From Anaerosomatales bacterium (GTDB lineage Bacteria; Actinomycetota; Coriobacteriia; Anaerosomatales; SLCP01): a DNA stretch of 64,000 nt. Of this stretch, positions 7,839-15,565 are shown piece after piece; position 1 is the stretch's first letter; every line of letters begins with the position of its first letter. The position numbers and the translations under genes were made by a program. Below the pieces are notes generated by a model. It saw only the letters and a list, made by a program, of their open reading frames with translations. It was not told where the DNA came from and ran no database searches. The stretch is from assembly GCA_029210645.1 (NCBI GenBank), contig JARGFT010000002.1, positions 40,016 through 104,015 of the forward strand, in the 5' to 3' direction.

Positions 7839-9371
7839 TCACTCCGTCTTCACCTCGTCGGCCTCGAGGTACTTCTCGACGAAGAGCGCCGCGTCGTACG
7901 CGTCCACGCCCATCGCCCGTGCGGCCACCGCCAGACTGGCGTCCTCGGTACAGAGGGTCTTGGTGCGCTTCGCGATGGTCAGGACGAGTGCCGTCTCGCG
8001 GTCCACGCCGATCCGCTTCATGAGGTCGTTCACGTCGGACTCTGAGTGGCGCTCGGCCTTGAGCATGGTCGTCAACCGGACCCCGCCCAGTTCACGCCCG
8101 CGGTACTTCTCCATGTGCTCGGCGGGCACGATCCAGTGCCAGCGCCTGCGCTCGGCTGCCTCCTCGAGCGTGTCGGCGGACGCCATGGCGATCAGGAAGT
8201 CCTCGGTGACCGTGAAGCGGCGGCGGCGCAGAAGCAACAGGAGCGGCAGTAGGAGCAGCGGCAGTAGGCAGAAGCCCCACTGAGCCGGCGTTTCGGGCGC
8301 CACCGGAATGACGGGCACGACCTGGTCGGGCCAGCCCCAGACCTGCACGCGGTGGTTCAGGCGATCGGTGATGTAGATGCGTTCGCGTTGGTCGAGTGCG
8401 AGGTCGTTCGCGTAGCGGAACTGCCCGGGCCCGATGCCAGGGCCACCGAAGCCGGTTATCCGCTCGCCGTTGGTGTCGTAGACATCGGTCTGATGCGCGA
8501 GCGCGTCGGCGACGTAGAGCTGCTCCTGGTCGTCGAGCGCGAGTCCGCGCGGGATGCCCGACGTGCGTACGATCGAGTCGAACTGGCCGTTCTCATCGAA
8601 GACCTGGACGCGGCGGTTGTTGCTGTCGGCGACGTAGATCTTGCCGGCCATCGCCTCCACGTCGTTGGGGAAGTAGAACGCGCCCGGACTGTCCGAGATC
8701 TCCTCGACCTGGACGAAGCGCCCGAAGCGTCGGAGTTCCGTTCCGTTCTCGTCGAAGACGATCACCTGGTGAAGTGCAACCCGGCCCACGTCGGTGACGA
8801 GCAGATTGTCGTTCTCGTCGAAGCCGAGCCCGAGCGGGCCCCAGAGGCGCGCCTCCTCGGCATCCGCCGGTTCGACCTTGCGCAGGTACTCGCCGTCCAG
8901 CGTGAACACGTAGACCGCACGGTGGCGCCGGTCCGAGACGAAGAGCTCACCCTTGCTGTTGATGGCGAGGTAGACCGGCGTGCCGAGCGTGGTGTTGCCA
9001 CCGTCGGCGATCTCGTTGAACGAGAACAGGTAGTCGCCATCGGCCGTGTAGACGCGCACCAGCTGCGCGGCCGAATCGGTGATGTAGACGCGGTCGTCCT
9101 CGCTGACCGCCACGCCGAGCGGGCGGGTGAGCGCGTTGTCCCCCTCGGGACCTGAGATCGAGTACAGGTAGCGGGGCGGCTCGACGGCCTCCTCCAGCCG
9201 CCCGAGCCCCGGCACCGGCAGCCGGCGGTTCACGCTGAAGAAGTAGATCGAGTAGAGGACGAGCGCGAGCAGCGCGAGCAGCAGCGCGAGAGCGAGCCAC
9301 TTCTTCCAGCCACCTCGGCCGGTATCTGCGCGTCCGAACGGGTTGCTCTCCGTGTGCCTGTCCTGTGCCAT
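7839..9371 (-). CDS. NHL-repeat beta-propeller protein with two TM helices and a C-terminal cytoplasmic domain
   Basis: N-terminal TM helix (WLALALLLALLALVLYSIYFF). Repeated NHL-like blades follow (RPLGVAVSEDDRVYITD, PVYLAINSKGELFVSD, PLGLGFDENDNLLVTD, FYFPNDVEAMAGKIYVAD, PRGLALDDQEQLYVAD, ANDLALDQRERIYITD). Then a second TM helix (WGFCLLPLLLLPLLLLL) and a tail of about 120 aa. GAGGAG lies upstream of the ATG. Confidence 0.85.
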   Translation of the reverse strand: MAQDRHTESNPFGRADTGRGGWKKWLALALLLALLALVLYSIYFFSVNRRLPVPGLGRLEEAVEPPRYLYSISGPEGDNALTRPLGVAVSEDDRVYITDSAAQLVRVYTADGDYLFSFNEIADGGNTTLGTPVYLAINSKGELFVSDRRHRAVYVFTLDGEYLRKVEPADAEEARLWGPLGLGFDENDNLLVTDVGRVALHQVIVFDENGTELRRFGRFVQVEEISDSPGAFYFPNDVEAMAGKIYVADSNNRRVQVFDENGQFDSIVRTSGIPRGLALDDQEQLYVADALAHQTDVYDTNGERITGFGGPGIGPGQFRYANDLALDQRERIYITDRLNHRVQVWGWPDQVVPVIPVAPETPAQWGFCLLPLLLLPLLLLLRRRRFTVTEDFLIAMASADTLEEAAERRRWHWIVPAEHMEKYRGRELGGVRLTTMLKAERHSESDVNDLMKRIGVDRETALVLTIAKRTKTLCTEDASLAVAARAMGVDAYDAALFVEKYLEADEVKTE

Positions 9372-9383
9372 CGAAGCTCCTCG

Positions 9384-10400
9384 TTACTCCTGTGTCTTGA
9401 GCCGGTCGACCGCGTCGGCGGCCTCACGGTCGTTGGGTGCACGATCTACCACGTTGCGCCACGCCTCGAGTGCCGCATCGTCATCTCCGGCATCCTCGTA
9501 GAGCTCGGCCACGAACCGTGCGATCTCGATGTCGTCGGGCTCGAGCGCACGAGCGATGCGCGCCTCGGTCAGTGCCGCGTCGATGTCGGTGCTCGCGAGG
9601 CCCCGGGCGCGCTCGAACCGCTCCTGGCCGTCAGCCTCGCGTTCGATCTCCGCGAGCTCGTCATGCGGCTCGCGCCGGCTGGCCGGCGCATTGTCGGCCG
9701 ACTGGCGGAAGTGCTCGGCAGCGCTCGCGACATCACCCTCGGCGAGCAGCAAGAGACCGAGGTCGTAGTGCGCCTCGGGCATCCTCGGATCGAAGCGCAG
9801 CGCTTCTTCCAGGTGGCGGCGCTGGTTGGTCTCGGACCCGAGCTCCCGGTATGCGTACGAGAGCATGTAGTGCGTGTCGGCCGAGGTCCGCCGCATACGC
9901 AGGGCTTCGGTGAGGTACTGTACCGCTTCCTCGTGGCGCCCCTGCTCAAGAAGCGTGACGCCGAGCTGATACAACGCGCGCTCGAGCCGCTGGTCAAGCA
10001 GCGAGTACTGCCCACCGGACAGCTCGTCGATGGCCGCACGCCAGTACTCCTCGGCCGTGTCCCACTCGCCCTGGAACATGGCGATGAGCCCGAGGCCCGA
10101 AAGCGCGTTGGGGTTGTCCGGCTCTATCTCGAGAGCTGCGTTGAACTGCTCGATCGCGTCACGCAGGCGCCCGTCCGATGCGAAGGCCTCAGCGAGCGTC
10201 AGCCGCAGCTGAAGGTTCTGAGGGTCCTCCTCCACCGCCGCTATCAGGTTCTCGATCGCGCGAGAAGCGGGCTGGGCCCGGCGTTCCCGGGTCTGAAAGG
10301 CGATGACGGTGTAGGCCAGGTACGCAAGCGCGACGATCAGGACGACGAGTACCACCTTGATGGCCGTGTCGAGCCAGCGTATGTCGGATGAAAACCTCAC
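9384..10400 (-). CDS. membrane-anchored TPR-repeat protein
   Basis: N-terminal TM helix (VVLVVLIVALAYLAYTVIAF) followed by tandem 34-aa TPR-like units (AEAFASDGRLRDAIEQFNAALEIEPDNPNALSGLG, ...). GTG start. Confidence 0.85.
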   Translation of the reverse strand: MRFSSDIRWLDTAIKVVLVVLIVALAYLAYTVIAFQTRERRAQPASRAIENLIAAVEEDPQNLQLRLTLAEAFASDGRLRDAIEQFNAALEIEPDNPNALSGLGLIAMFQGEWDTAEEYWRAAIDELSGGQYSLLDQRLERALYQLGVTLLEQGRHEEAVQYLTEALRMRRTSADTHYMLSYAYRELGSETNQRRHLEEALRFDPRMPEAHYDLGLLLLAEGDVASAAEHFRQSADNAPASRREPHDELAEIEREADGQERFERARGLASTDIDAALTEARIARALEPDDIEIARFVAELYEDAGDDDAALEAWRNVVDRAPNDREAADAVDRLKTQE

Positions 10401-10446
10401 GAACGCCTCGATTCTCGGCAGATGCCGCGGTGCTGTCGCACGCGGA

Positions 10447-12039
10447 TCAGATGTTCAGATCGGCGTGGCACCGGCGACAGAGTTGGGAGCCGGGCCACGG
10501 TGCGATCTCGATGTTGCTGGAGTCCAGTGCACCGTGGCAGTCATAACAGATACGCAAGTCGTGTGCCTGAGTCGCGAAGTTGTGCGTTCCGAAGTCGCGG
10601 ACGCGCGCCACTGTGAAGCCGACGTGGCAGTCATCGCACACGTACGGACGCCCGATCGACTCCTCGACCCCGAAGTGCACCGCGTGCTCGGCGAAGCCCA
10701 TCTCCTTGATATCCGTGGCGGGTTCGGTTGCCATCACGGGGTGACAGTCCACGCAGTTCTCTGCGACAAGCTCGAGATCGCGCACGTCACCGTGGTGGCA
10801 CTCCTGGCACGACGCGCGGTCCTGATGGCAGACCTTGCAGTCATCGCGCGGGTAACCGTTTGCCGTATGGTCCGCCAGCCAGGTGGTGGAGTGCGGCATC
10901 GGCGTGAAGTGACACCGCTGGCACGACTCGGACGTGTGGCAGACGGAGCATGCGCCCATGCCGCCGAGGTAGATCCCTCCGTGGTCGACGATCCACTCGG
11001 CCTGCTGGTGGTCATCGGGGATGACCTGCAGGCTCAGCGTACCGTCGGCGAGTTCGCGCTCTCCGCGGTGGCACTCGGAACACAGCGTCGATGCGTGGCA
11101 CATGGTGCACTGCGGCATGTCGTCCCGTGCCGGCCCCGCATGCTCCTCGGCGATGAACGCCGGCGTGTGGTCGGCCGGTATCAGCTCGAAGGCGGGCGGG
11201 TGACAGAGCAGACACTCCTCACCAGCCACCTCACCCTGGGCCGCATGGAGCAGACCGTGACACCGGTAGCAGGAGATCATCGTGGGAATCTCGACTTCCC
11301 CCACGCCGTGAGGGAAGGACTCGTGGCAGGTCTCGCACCGGTAGTCGCGCATCAGATGCGTGTCGTGGGTGAAGATGAGGTCCGGCCACTCGCGATCGAT
11401 CACCGGGTGGCAGAAGAAGCACTGGCCCATCGTCACCGCACCGGTCGGGTCGACGGTCACCGGCGGGCGCCGCTCCGGCGTCGGGATGGAGCTCACGTAG
11501 ATCGGCGGCGCGCGCGGCGTGTCGATGGCGAGTTCGGCGTGGCAGGCGTCGCAGTCCTGGCGCGGATCGTGGCAGAGGATGCACCCATTCGTGCCGCCAC
11601 GGAGTGAAGCGCCGGCGTGAGGCTCCTCGGCCCACGTCTCGACGTGCCATGCCGGCCTGAGCTCGAACTCCGGCGTGTGGCAGTAGTCACACGAACCGGT
11701 GGCGACGAGTCCCTGGACGCCGTGGACCAGGCCGTGGCACGCAAAGCAAGTCGACATCGGCGGCGAGTAGGTGATGCCGGCCTCGTGAGCCGGTCTGATG
11801 TGGCACGCGTTGCACGCGGGAGGCAGGTGAGTCTCGTGGTCGAACGTGAGCCCCGGCGAGCGGGACTCTCCGAGCGACTCGTGACACTGTAGGCATGAGG
11901 AAGCTCTGACGGGTCCCGTGAGGTCGATCTCGGGCGACGCCTCCTGGCCGATGCCGGACAGCGGTCCGGCCATGGCGAACGCGGTCGCAAGGAGCACGAC
12001 CGCGGCGCCGAGCAGGATCGTTTTTCGGGCGGGTCTCAT
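10447..12039 (-). CDS. multihaem c-type cytochrome with 20 CxxCH motifs, secreted
   Basis: Signal peptide MRPARKTILLGAAVVLLATAFAMA. I counted 20 CxxCH motifs in 530 aa, from CLQCH to CRRCH. A roughly 120-aa six-haem module occurs twice. No CxxCK motif and no non-cytochrome domain. Confidence 0.9.
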   Translation of the reverse strand: MRPARKTILLGAAVVLLATAFAMAGPLSGIGQEASPEIDLTGPVRASSCLQCHESLGESRSPGLTFDHETHLPPACNACHIRPAHEAGITYSPPMSTCFACHGLVHGVQGLVATGSCDYCHTPEFELRPAWHVETWAEEPHAGASLRGGTNGCILCHDPRQDCDACHAELAIDTPRAPPIYVSSIPTPERRPPVTVDPTGAVTMGQCFFCHPVIDREWPDLIFTHDTHLMRDYRCETCHESFPHGVGEVEIPTMISCYRCHGLLHAAQGEVAGEECLLCHPPAFELIPADHTPAFIAEEHAGPARDDMPQCTMCHASTLCSECHRGERELADGTLSLQVIPDDHQQAEWIVDHGGIYLGGMGACSVCHTSESCQRCHFTPMPHSTTWLADHTANGYPRDDCKVCHQDRASCQECHHGDVRDLELVAENCVDCHPVMATEPATDIKEMGFAEHAVHFGVEESIGRPYVCDDCHVGFTVARVRDFGTHNFATQAHDLRICYDCHGALDSSNIEIAPWPGSQLCRRCHADLNI

Positions 12040-12048
12040 CCGGCCGGC

Positions 12049-13296
12049 TTACCCCCGACCTCTGAACGCACGCCACCAGCGGATGATCGGATTGCTCGAG
12101 ACCGCCTCGCTCCGACCGTGGATGAGGTAGGACGTCTGCTCGATGAACGACTCGCCGGAGCCGTAGTGGCAGCCGTCCTGACCGCAGGTCTCGACCGCGT
12201 TGGCGGGATACATGAGTGCTGCGGGGTCAGTCACCGCAAGCAACTCGTGCGCACCGTGGCAGTCCCAGCACGACGGGGCATCGACGGCCCCGCGCTTGTA
12301 CGGAGCCCCGTGATAGTAGTCGTCGTAGCTGTCGAACGCCTCGCGATGGCACTCGGCGCACATCTGCTCGCCGCTCAGGTGCAGCGCACGCCGGGCCGCC
12401 TCGGTATCGAGGCGAGCGATGTCGTGACCGCCGTGGCAGGAAGCACAAGTCGCCGAGGAGTACTCGCCATCGGCGATGAGCCTGCCATGGAGCGACTCCT
12501 CGTAGACTTCGGTCACGTCCTGGTGGTCGTGGCACTCCTGGCATGCAAGGCCGGCATTGACGCGCCAGAGCGGTGTCGCGGGCGCATCATCGGTGTAGTC
12601 GAAGTCGGGATGACACTGCGAACAGGTGATGTCACGGTGGGCACTCTGATCGATCCCCGTGACGTAGTAGGACTTCAGCCCGTCCTCGGACACCTTCGTG
12701 AGGTTCTCGTAGCCGTGACAGGCAAGGCACCCGTTCTCGGCGTCGTACGTGAATGGAACAGCAGTGCGCCAGGTCACCCCGACCTCCTGGTGGCAGGAGT
12801 CGCAGTCGGCCTTCGTATGGCACATCATGCACGTGGTCCGCAGCTCGTCGATGCCCGGCTGGACGTGCGGCTCCTCGGCCCAGTCGCGACCGTGGAACTC
12901 GGGACGCATCTGCCCGGCGTAGTTGCCGTGGCACTGCTCACACTCGTAGCCTGCGATGATCCCCATCGGGCCGTGACGCAGCCCGTGACAGTTCCAACAG
13001 CTCTTCATCGTGGGGGTCAGGGTCCCTGCCGGCGTGTGAGGAAACACACCGTGGCAGCTGCTGCACGCATACACCATGTGGGTGGCGTGACTGAACTCGA
13101 CCTGCGGGTTGCGGCCCTCGGCTATCACCCCGTGACACACCTTGCAGGTGCTCGCGTAAACAGGTGCACCCGTGTCGATGATGAGGACGCTATCCTCCTG
13201 AGCAACTGCGAGCGCCACCACTCCGAGCAGCAGCACTGCCGCGCACACGGCCGCCAAGAGGAGATGGACCGCCCGACCTCTGGTGAGATGGATCAT
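12049..13296 (-). CDS. multihaem c-type cytochrome (12 CxxCH plus one CX4CH)
   Basis: N-terminal signal or anchor (AVHLLLAAVCAAVLLLGVVALAVA). 12 CxxCH motifs plus CGQDGCH. The N-terminal half is paralogous to the six-haem module of the 20-haem protein; the C-terminal part is paralogous to the 7-haem protein. Confidence 0.9.
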   Translation of the reverse strand: MIHLTRGRAVHLLLAAVCAAVLLLGVVALAVAQEDSVLIIDTGAPVYASTCKVCHGVIAEGRNPQVEFSHATHMVYACSSCHGVFPHTPAGTLTPTMKSCWNCHGLRHGPMGIIAGYECEQCHGNYAGQMRPEFHGRDWAEEPHVQPGIDELRTTCMMCHTKADCDSCHQEVGVTWRTAVPFTYDAENGCLACHGYENLTKVSEDGLKSYYVTGIDQSAHRDITCSQCHPDFDYTDDAPATPLWRVNAGLACQECHDHQDVTEVYEESLHGRLIADGEYSSATCASCHGGHDIARLDTEAARRALHLSGEQMCAECHREAFDSYDDYYHGAPYKRGAVDAPSCWDCHGAHELLAVTDPAALMYPANAVETCGQDGCHYGSGESFIEQTSYLIHGRSEAVSSNPIIRWWRAFRGRG

Positions 13297-13350
13297 CGCC
13301 GCCTACCCTTCCGAGTCCCGTGTGATGCGCCGCTCCTGAAGAGGTCGCGC

Positions 13351-14238
13351 CTAGCCACCGAACAAGCCGGAGATCGCCGACCGTATCCTGCTCAGGAAGG
13401 CAAAGAGGGGGTTTTGCTCCAGCATTTCACCGTGCCCGTGGATCAACTCCGCGTAGGTCAGGTAGTCGACGTTCACGTCATGGTGACAGGCAGGGTTGCT
13501 GGTGCACGTCTCTGCAAGCCGACTCTCGTGCACGGTCGAACGACGGTCGCTCGAGGGCCTGATGTCGTGGTAGCCGTGGCAGTCCCAGCAGGATGGCGCG
13601 TCGTACGCGCCGCCGCGCTTGAATGGGCGGCCGTGGTAGTAGTCGTTGTAGTTCTCCCAGTAGTCCTCGTGGCAGCGGCCACAGACCTCCCATGCGTTGT
13701 CCCGCATCGCCGCTTGCCCCTCGGGACTGTCCACGAGCGCCACCATGTCGTGCGCGCCGTGGCAATCGCCACAGAGCGGCTTCTCATCGGCATCCGCCGA
13801 CGCACCGTTGCCGACCTCGATACGGTGAGCGCCCTGGCCGTACTCAACGTACTGGTCCTGGTGGCAGTTCTTGCACGCGGACTTGGCGGTGCGCTGCCAG
13901 TCCTCGGTTTCCTGCACGTGAGGCAGGGTGAAGGCGAAGTCGAGGTGGCAGCCGGCGCACTGGACCGTCGCGTGCGGGCCCGCCTCGAGCTCGGCGGGAT
14001 CGACGAAGAAGCTCACGATCTCGTCCTCGCGCAGACGGATGAGGTTCTCGTCGCCGTGACACACTAGACATCCCGCCTTGGCGGCGGTAGGCAGGGTGAA
14101 GTCGACATCGTATCCGGCAACATCAGCGCTCGTGGTGGCCACGGACGCTTCCTGGGCGAGAGCTGCCAGGGGGATCATCGTCACAGAAACCGCCAGCGCC
14201 AGTAGCGCCACCCTGGTCAGAGTGCCCGCTCGCATCAC
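13351..14238 (-). CDS. multihaem c-type cytochrome (6 CxxCH plus one CX5CH)
   Basis: Signal peptide (LTRVALLALAVSVTMIPLAALAQE). Motifs CLVCH, CAGCH, CKNCH, CGDCH, CGRCH and CWDCH, plus CTSNPACH. The start (GTG 14238 or ATG 14235) overlaps the stop of the cytochrome b gene. Confidence 0.9.
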   Translation of the reverse strand: MMRAGTLTRVALLALAVSVTMIPLAALAQEASVATTSADVAGYDVDFTLPTAAKAGCLVCHGDENLIRLREDEIVSFFVDPAELEAGPHATVQCAGCHLDFAFTLPHVQETEDWQRTAKSACKNCHQDQYVEYGQGAHRIEVGNGASADADEKPLCGDCHGAHDMVALVDSPEGQAAMRDNAWEVCGRCHEDYWENYNDYYHGRPFKRGGAYDAPSCWDCHGYHDIRPSSDRRSTVHESRLAETCTSNPACHHDVNVDYLTYAELIHGHGEMLEQNPLFAFLSRIRSAISGLFGG

Positions 14239-15083
14239 TGATCACCCGCCGTCGTCCCCGCGGCCGGGACCGCGTGCGGCTCCGGTGCATGACCGTGGCC
14301 GCCCTTGATCTCCAGGTCCTTGACGAAGAAGAAGTCGAGCGTGACCGGGACGTCCTCGGTCGCGGACAGGTAGACGTGGATGGTGGTCATGATGATGAAG
14401 AGCCAGTTGATCACGTAGTGGGCCGTACGCGCATACCATCCCGCGAGGTCGGTCGAGCCCACGAAGACTCCGAGCCACCAGCCCACGAGGATGTCACGGG
14501 GACTGTAGCCCCAGAATATAGGCGTGAACACTAATGCGAAGCCCGTATACGCCTGCAACAACATCAGCACGAGGAAGAACTGGTAGCTGAACTTCTGCAT
14601 GACGTTGTACTTCGACGACGTGTGCGGCTTGCTGTTGCTGATGTAGGAGTAGTAGAGGATGACGCCGAGTGCGGACTTGGCGTCCTCCTTGGTGATCGCG
14701 AACTCCCTCCAGTCGCGCTGCTTGGAGAAGAAGGCGTACCACAGCCGCCAGATGAGGTTGATCGTGACGACGATCATCGCGAAGTAGTGGATGTAGCGCA
14801 TCGCCATGCGGCCGCCGTCGAAGAACGGGAACCTGATGTAGAGACCCGAGATCGCGAGGACGATCATCATCAGCATATGTGTGTGGTGCAGGAGCTTGGG
14901 CTGGGTCCCCGGAGCGTGATCGTGCTCGGGCCACTTCTTGAGGATGAACTTCTTGCGGAAGCGCCCCTTGGGGATGCTGCCGAGGAAGTGTATGACGAGG
15001 GCGACCAGAACGACCGCGTAGAGGCTGGTGAACACGACGTCCAGCCAGATGTTCAACTGGGTCAGGCTTACTATCGCCGACAC
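14235..15083 (-). CDS. membrane dihaem cytochrome b, FdnI/HyaC (Ni_hydr_CYTB)-like; putative quinol-interacting subunit
   Basis: Five hydrophobic helices with conserved His residues (KLLHHTHMLMMIVLAISGLY, MRYIHYFAMIVVTINLIW, ARTAHYVINWLFIIMTTIHVYL). GTG start with GGGAG upstream. First gene of the cytochrome operon. Confidence 0.8.
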   Translation of the reverse strand: MSAIVSLTQLNIWLDVVFTSLYAVVLVALVIHFLGSIPKGRFRKKFILKKWPEHDHAPGTQPKLLHHTHMLMMIVLAISGLYIRFPFFDGGRMAMRYIHYFAMIVVTINLIWRLWYAFFSKQRDWREFAITKEDAKSALGVILYYSYISNSKPHTSSKYNVMQKFSYQFFLVLMLLQAYTGFALVFTPIFWGYSPRDILVGWWLGVFVGSTDLAGWYARTAHYVINWLFIIMTTIHVYLSATEDVPVTLDFFFVKDLEIKGGHGHAPEPHAVPAAGTTAGDQ

Positions 15084-15216
15084 CCCCCCTGCTCCCTGTC
15101 ACGCGAGGACTCGCAGCCCCCGCGTATGCGATTCGGCCGTCTCTTCCTGCAGCTTGGCTTCAGCCGCACGCGACACGCTCGACGACTGCCGGACGTCGGG
15201 CGTTGCAGGAAGAGCT

Positions 15217-15232
15217 CGTAACACGAGTTACA
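15217..15232. promoter_or_regulatory. palindrome CGTAAC-ACGA-GTTACA (candidate operator, copy 2 of 3)
   Basis: Located in the 233-nt non-coding region upstream of the cytochrome b gene, about 135 nt from its start. It shares the GTAAC-N4-GTTAC core with 7720-7737 and 22760-22775. Confidence 0.45.
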
Positions 15233-15316
15233 TTACACCAGAGGGGCCCACGCGAGGCAAGCAGCGAGGGCCGTTCCTGAGGGCGCGCCCGGTGCTGCTC
15301 TCATTCGCGGTGAGCG

Positions 15317-15565
15317 CTAGACATCCTCTATGTCCCCTCGCGCGGCGACCCGGAGTTCCGCGCGCTCCAGCAGGGTGTCGGCACGTTCAACATCGCCGGG
15401 CTCAAGCCGCAGGGCGATGCCACACAGCCCGTTGCCGATCGAGGCGGGGGCGGGGATCGGTGTCACGGGCACACCGAGGTCTCTGAGCAACTGCTCGGCA
15501 GCGAGCGCGGTATGAGTGGTCGCAAAGCCGAGCACGGCGAAGGTGCGCAACGGGCGACCGCTCAT
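15317..15565 (-). CDS. DUF3343-family small protein (putative S/Se-handling accessory protein)
   Basis: MSGRPLRTFAVLGFATTHTALAAEQLLRDLGVPVTPIPAPASIGNGLCGIALRLEP..., 82 aa. ATG 15565 overlaps the desulfurase stop (ATGA). The longer 103-aa track ORF includes out-of-gene sequence. Confidence 0.65.
   Translation of the reverse strand: MSGRPLRTFAVLGFATTHTALAAEQLLRDLGVPVTPIPAPASIGNGLCGIALRLEPGDVERADTLLERAELRVAARGDIEDV

Noticed and set aside
10447-14238. The multihaem cytochromes considered as a nitrite reductase (NrfA/NrfH), a hydroxylamine oxidoreductase or a sortase-anchored surface protein.
   Set aside because: There is no CxxCK haem motif, no recognisable catalytic tyrosine or lysine context, and no LPxTG sorting signal in any of the three proteins. 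Only relay-type CxxCH modules are visible.
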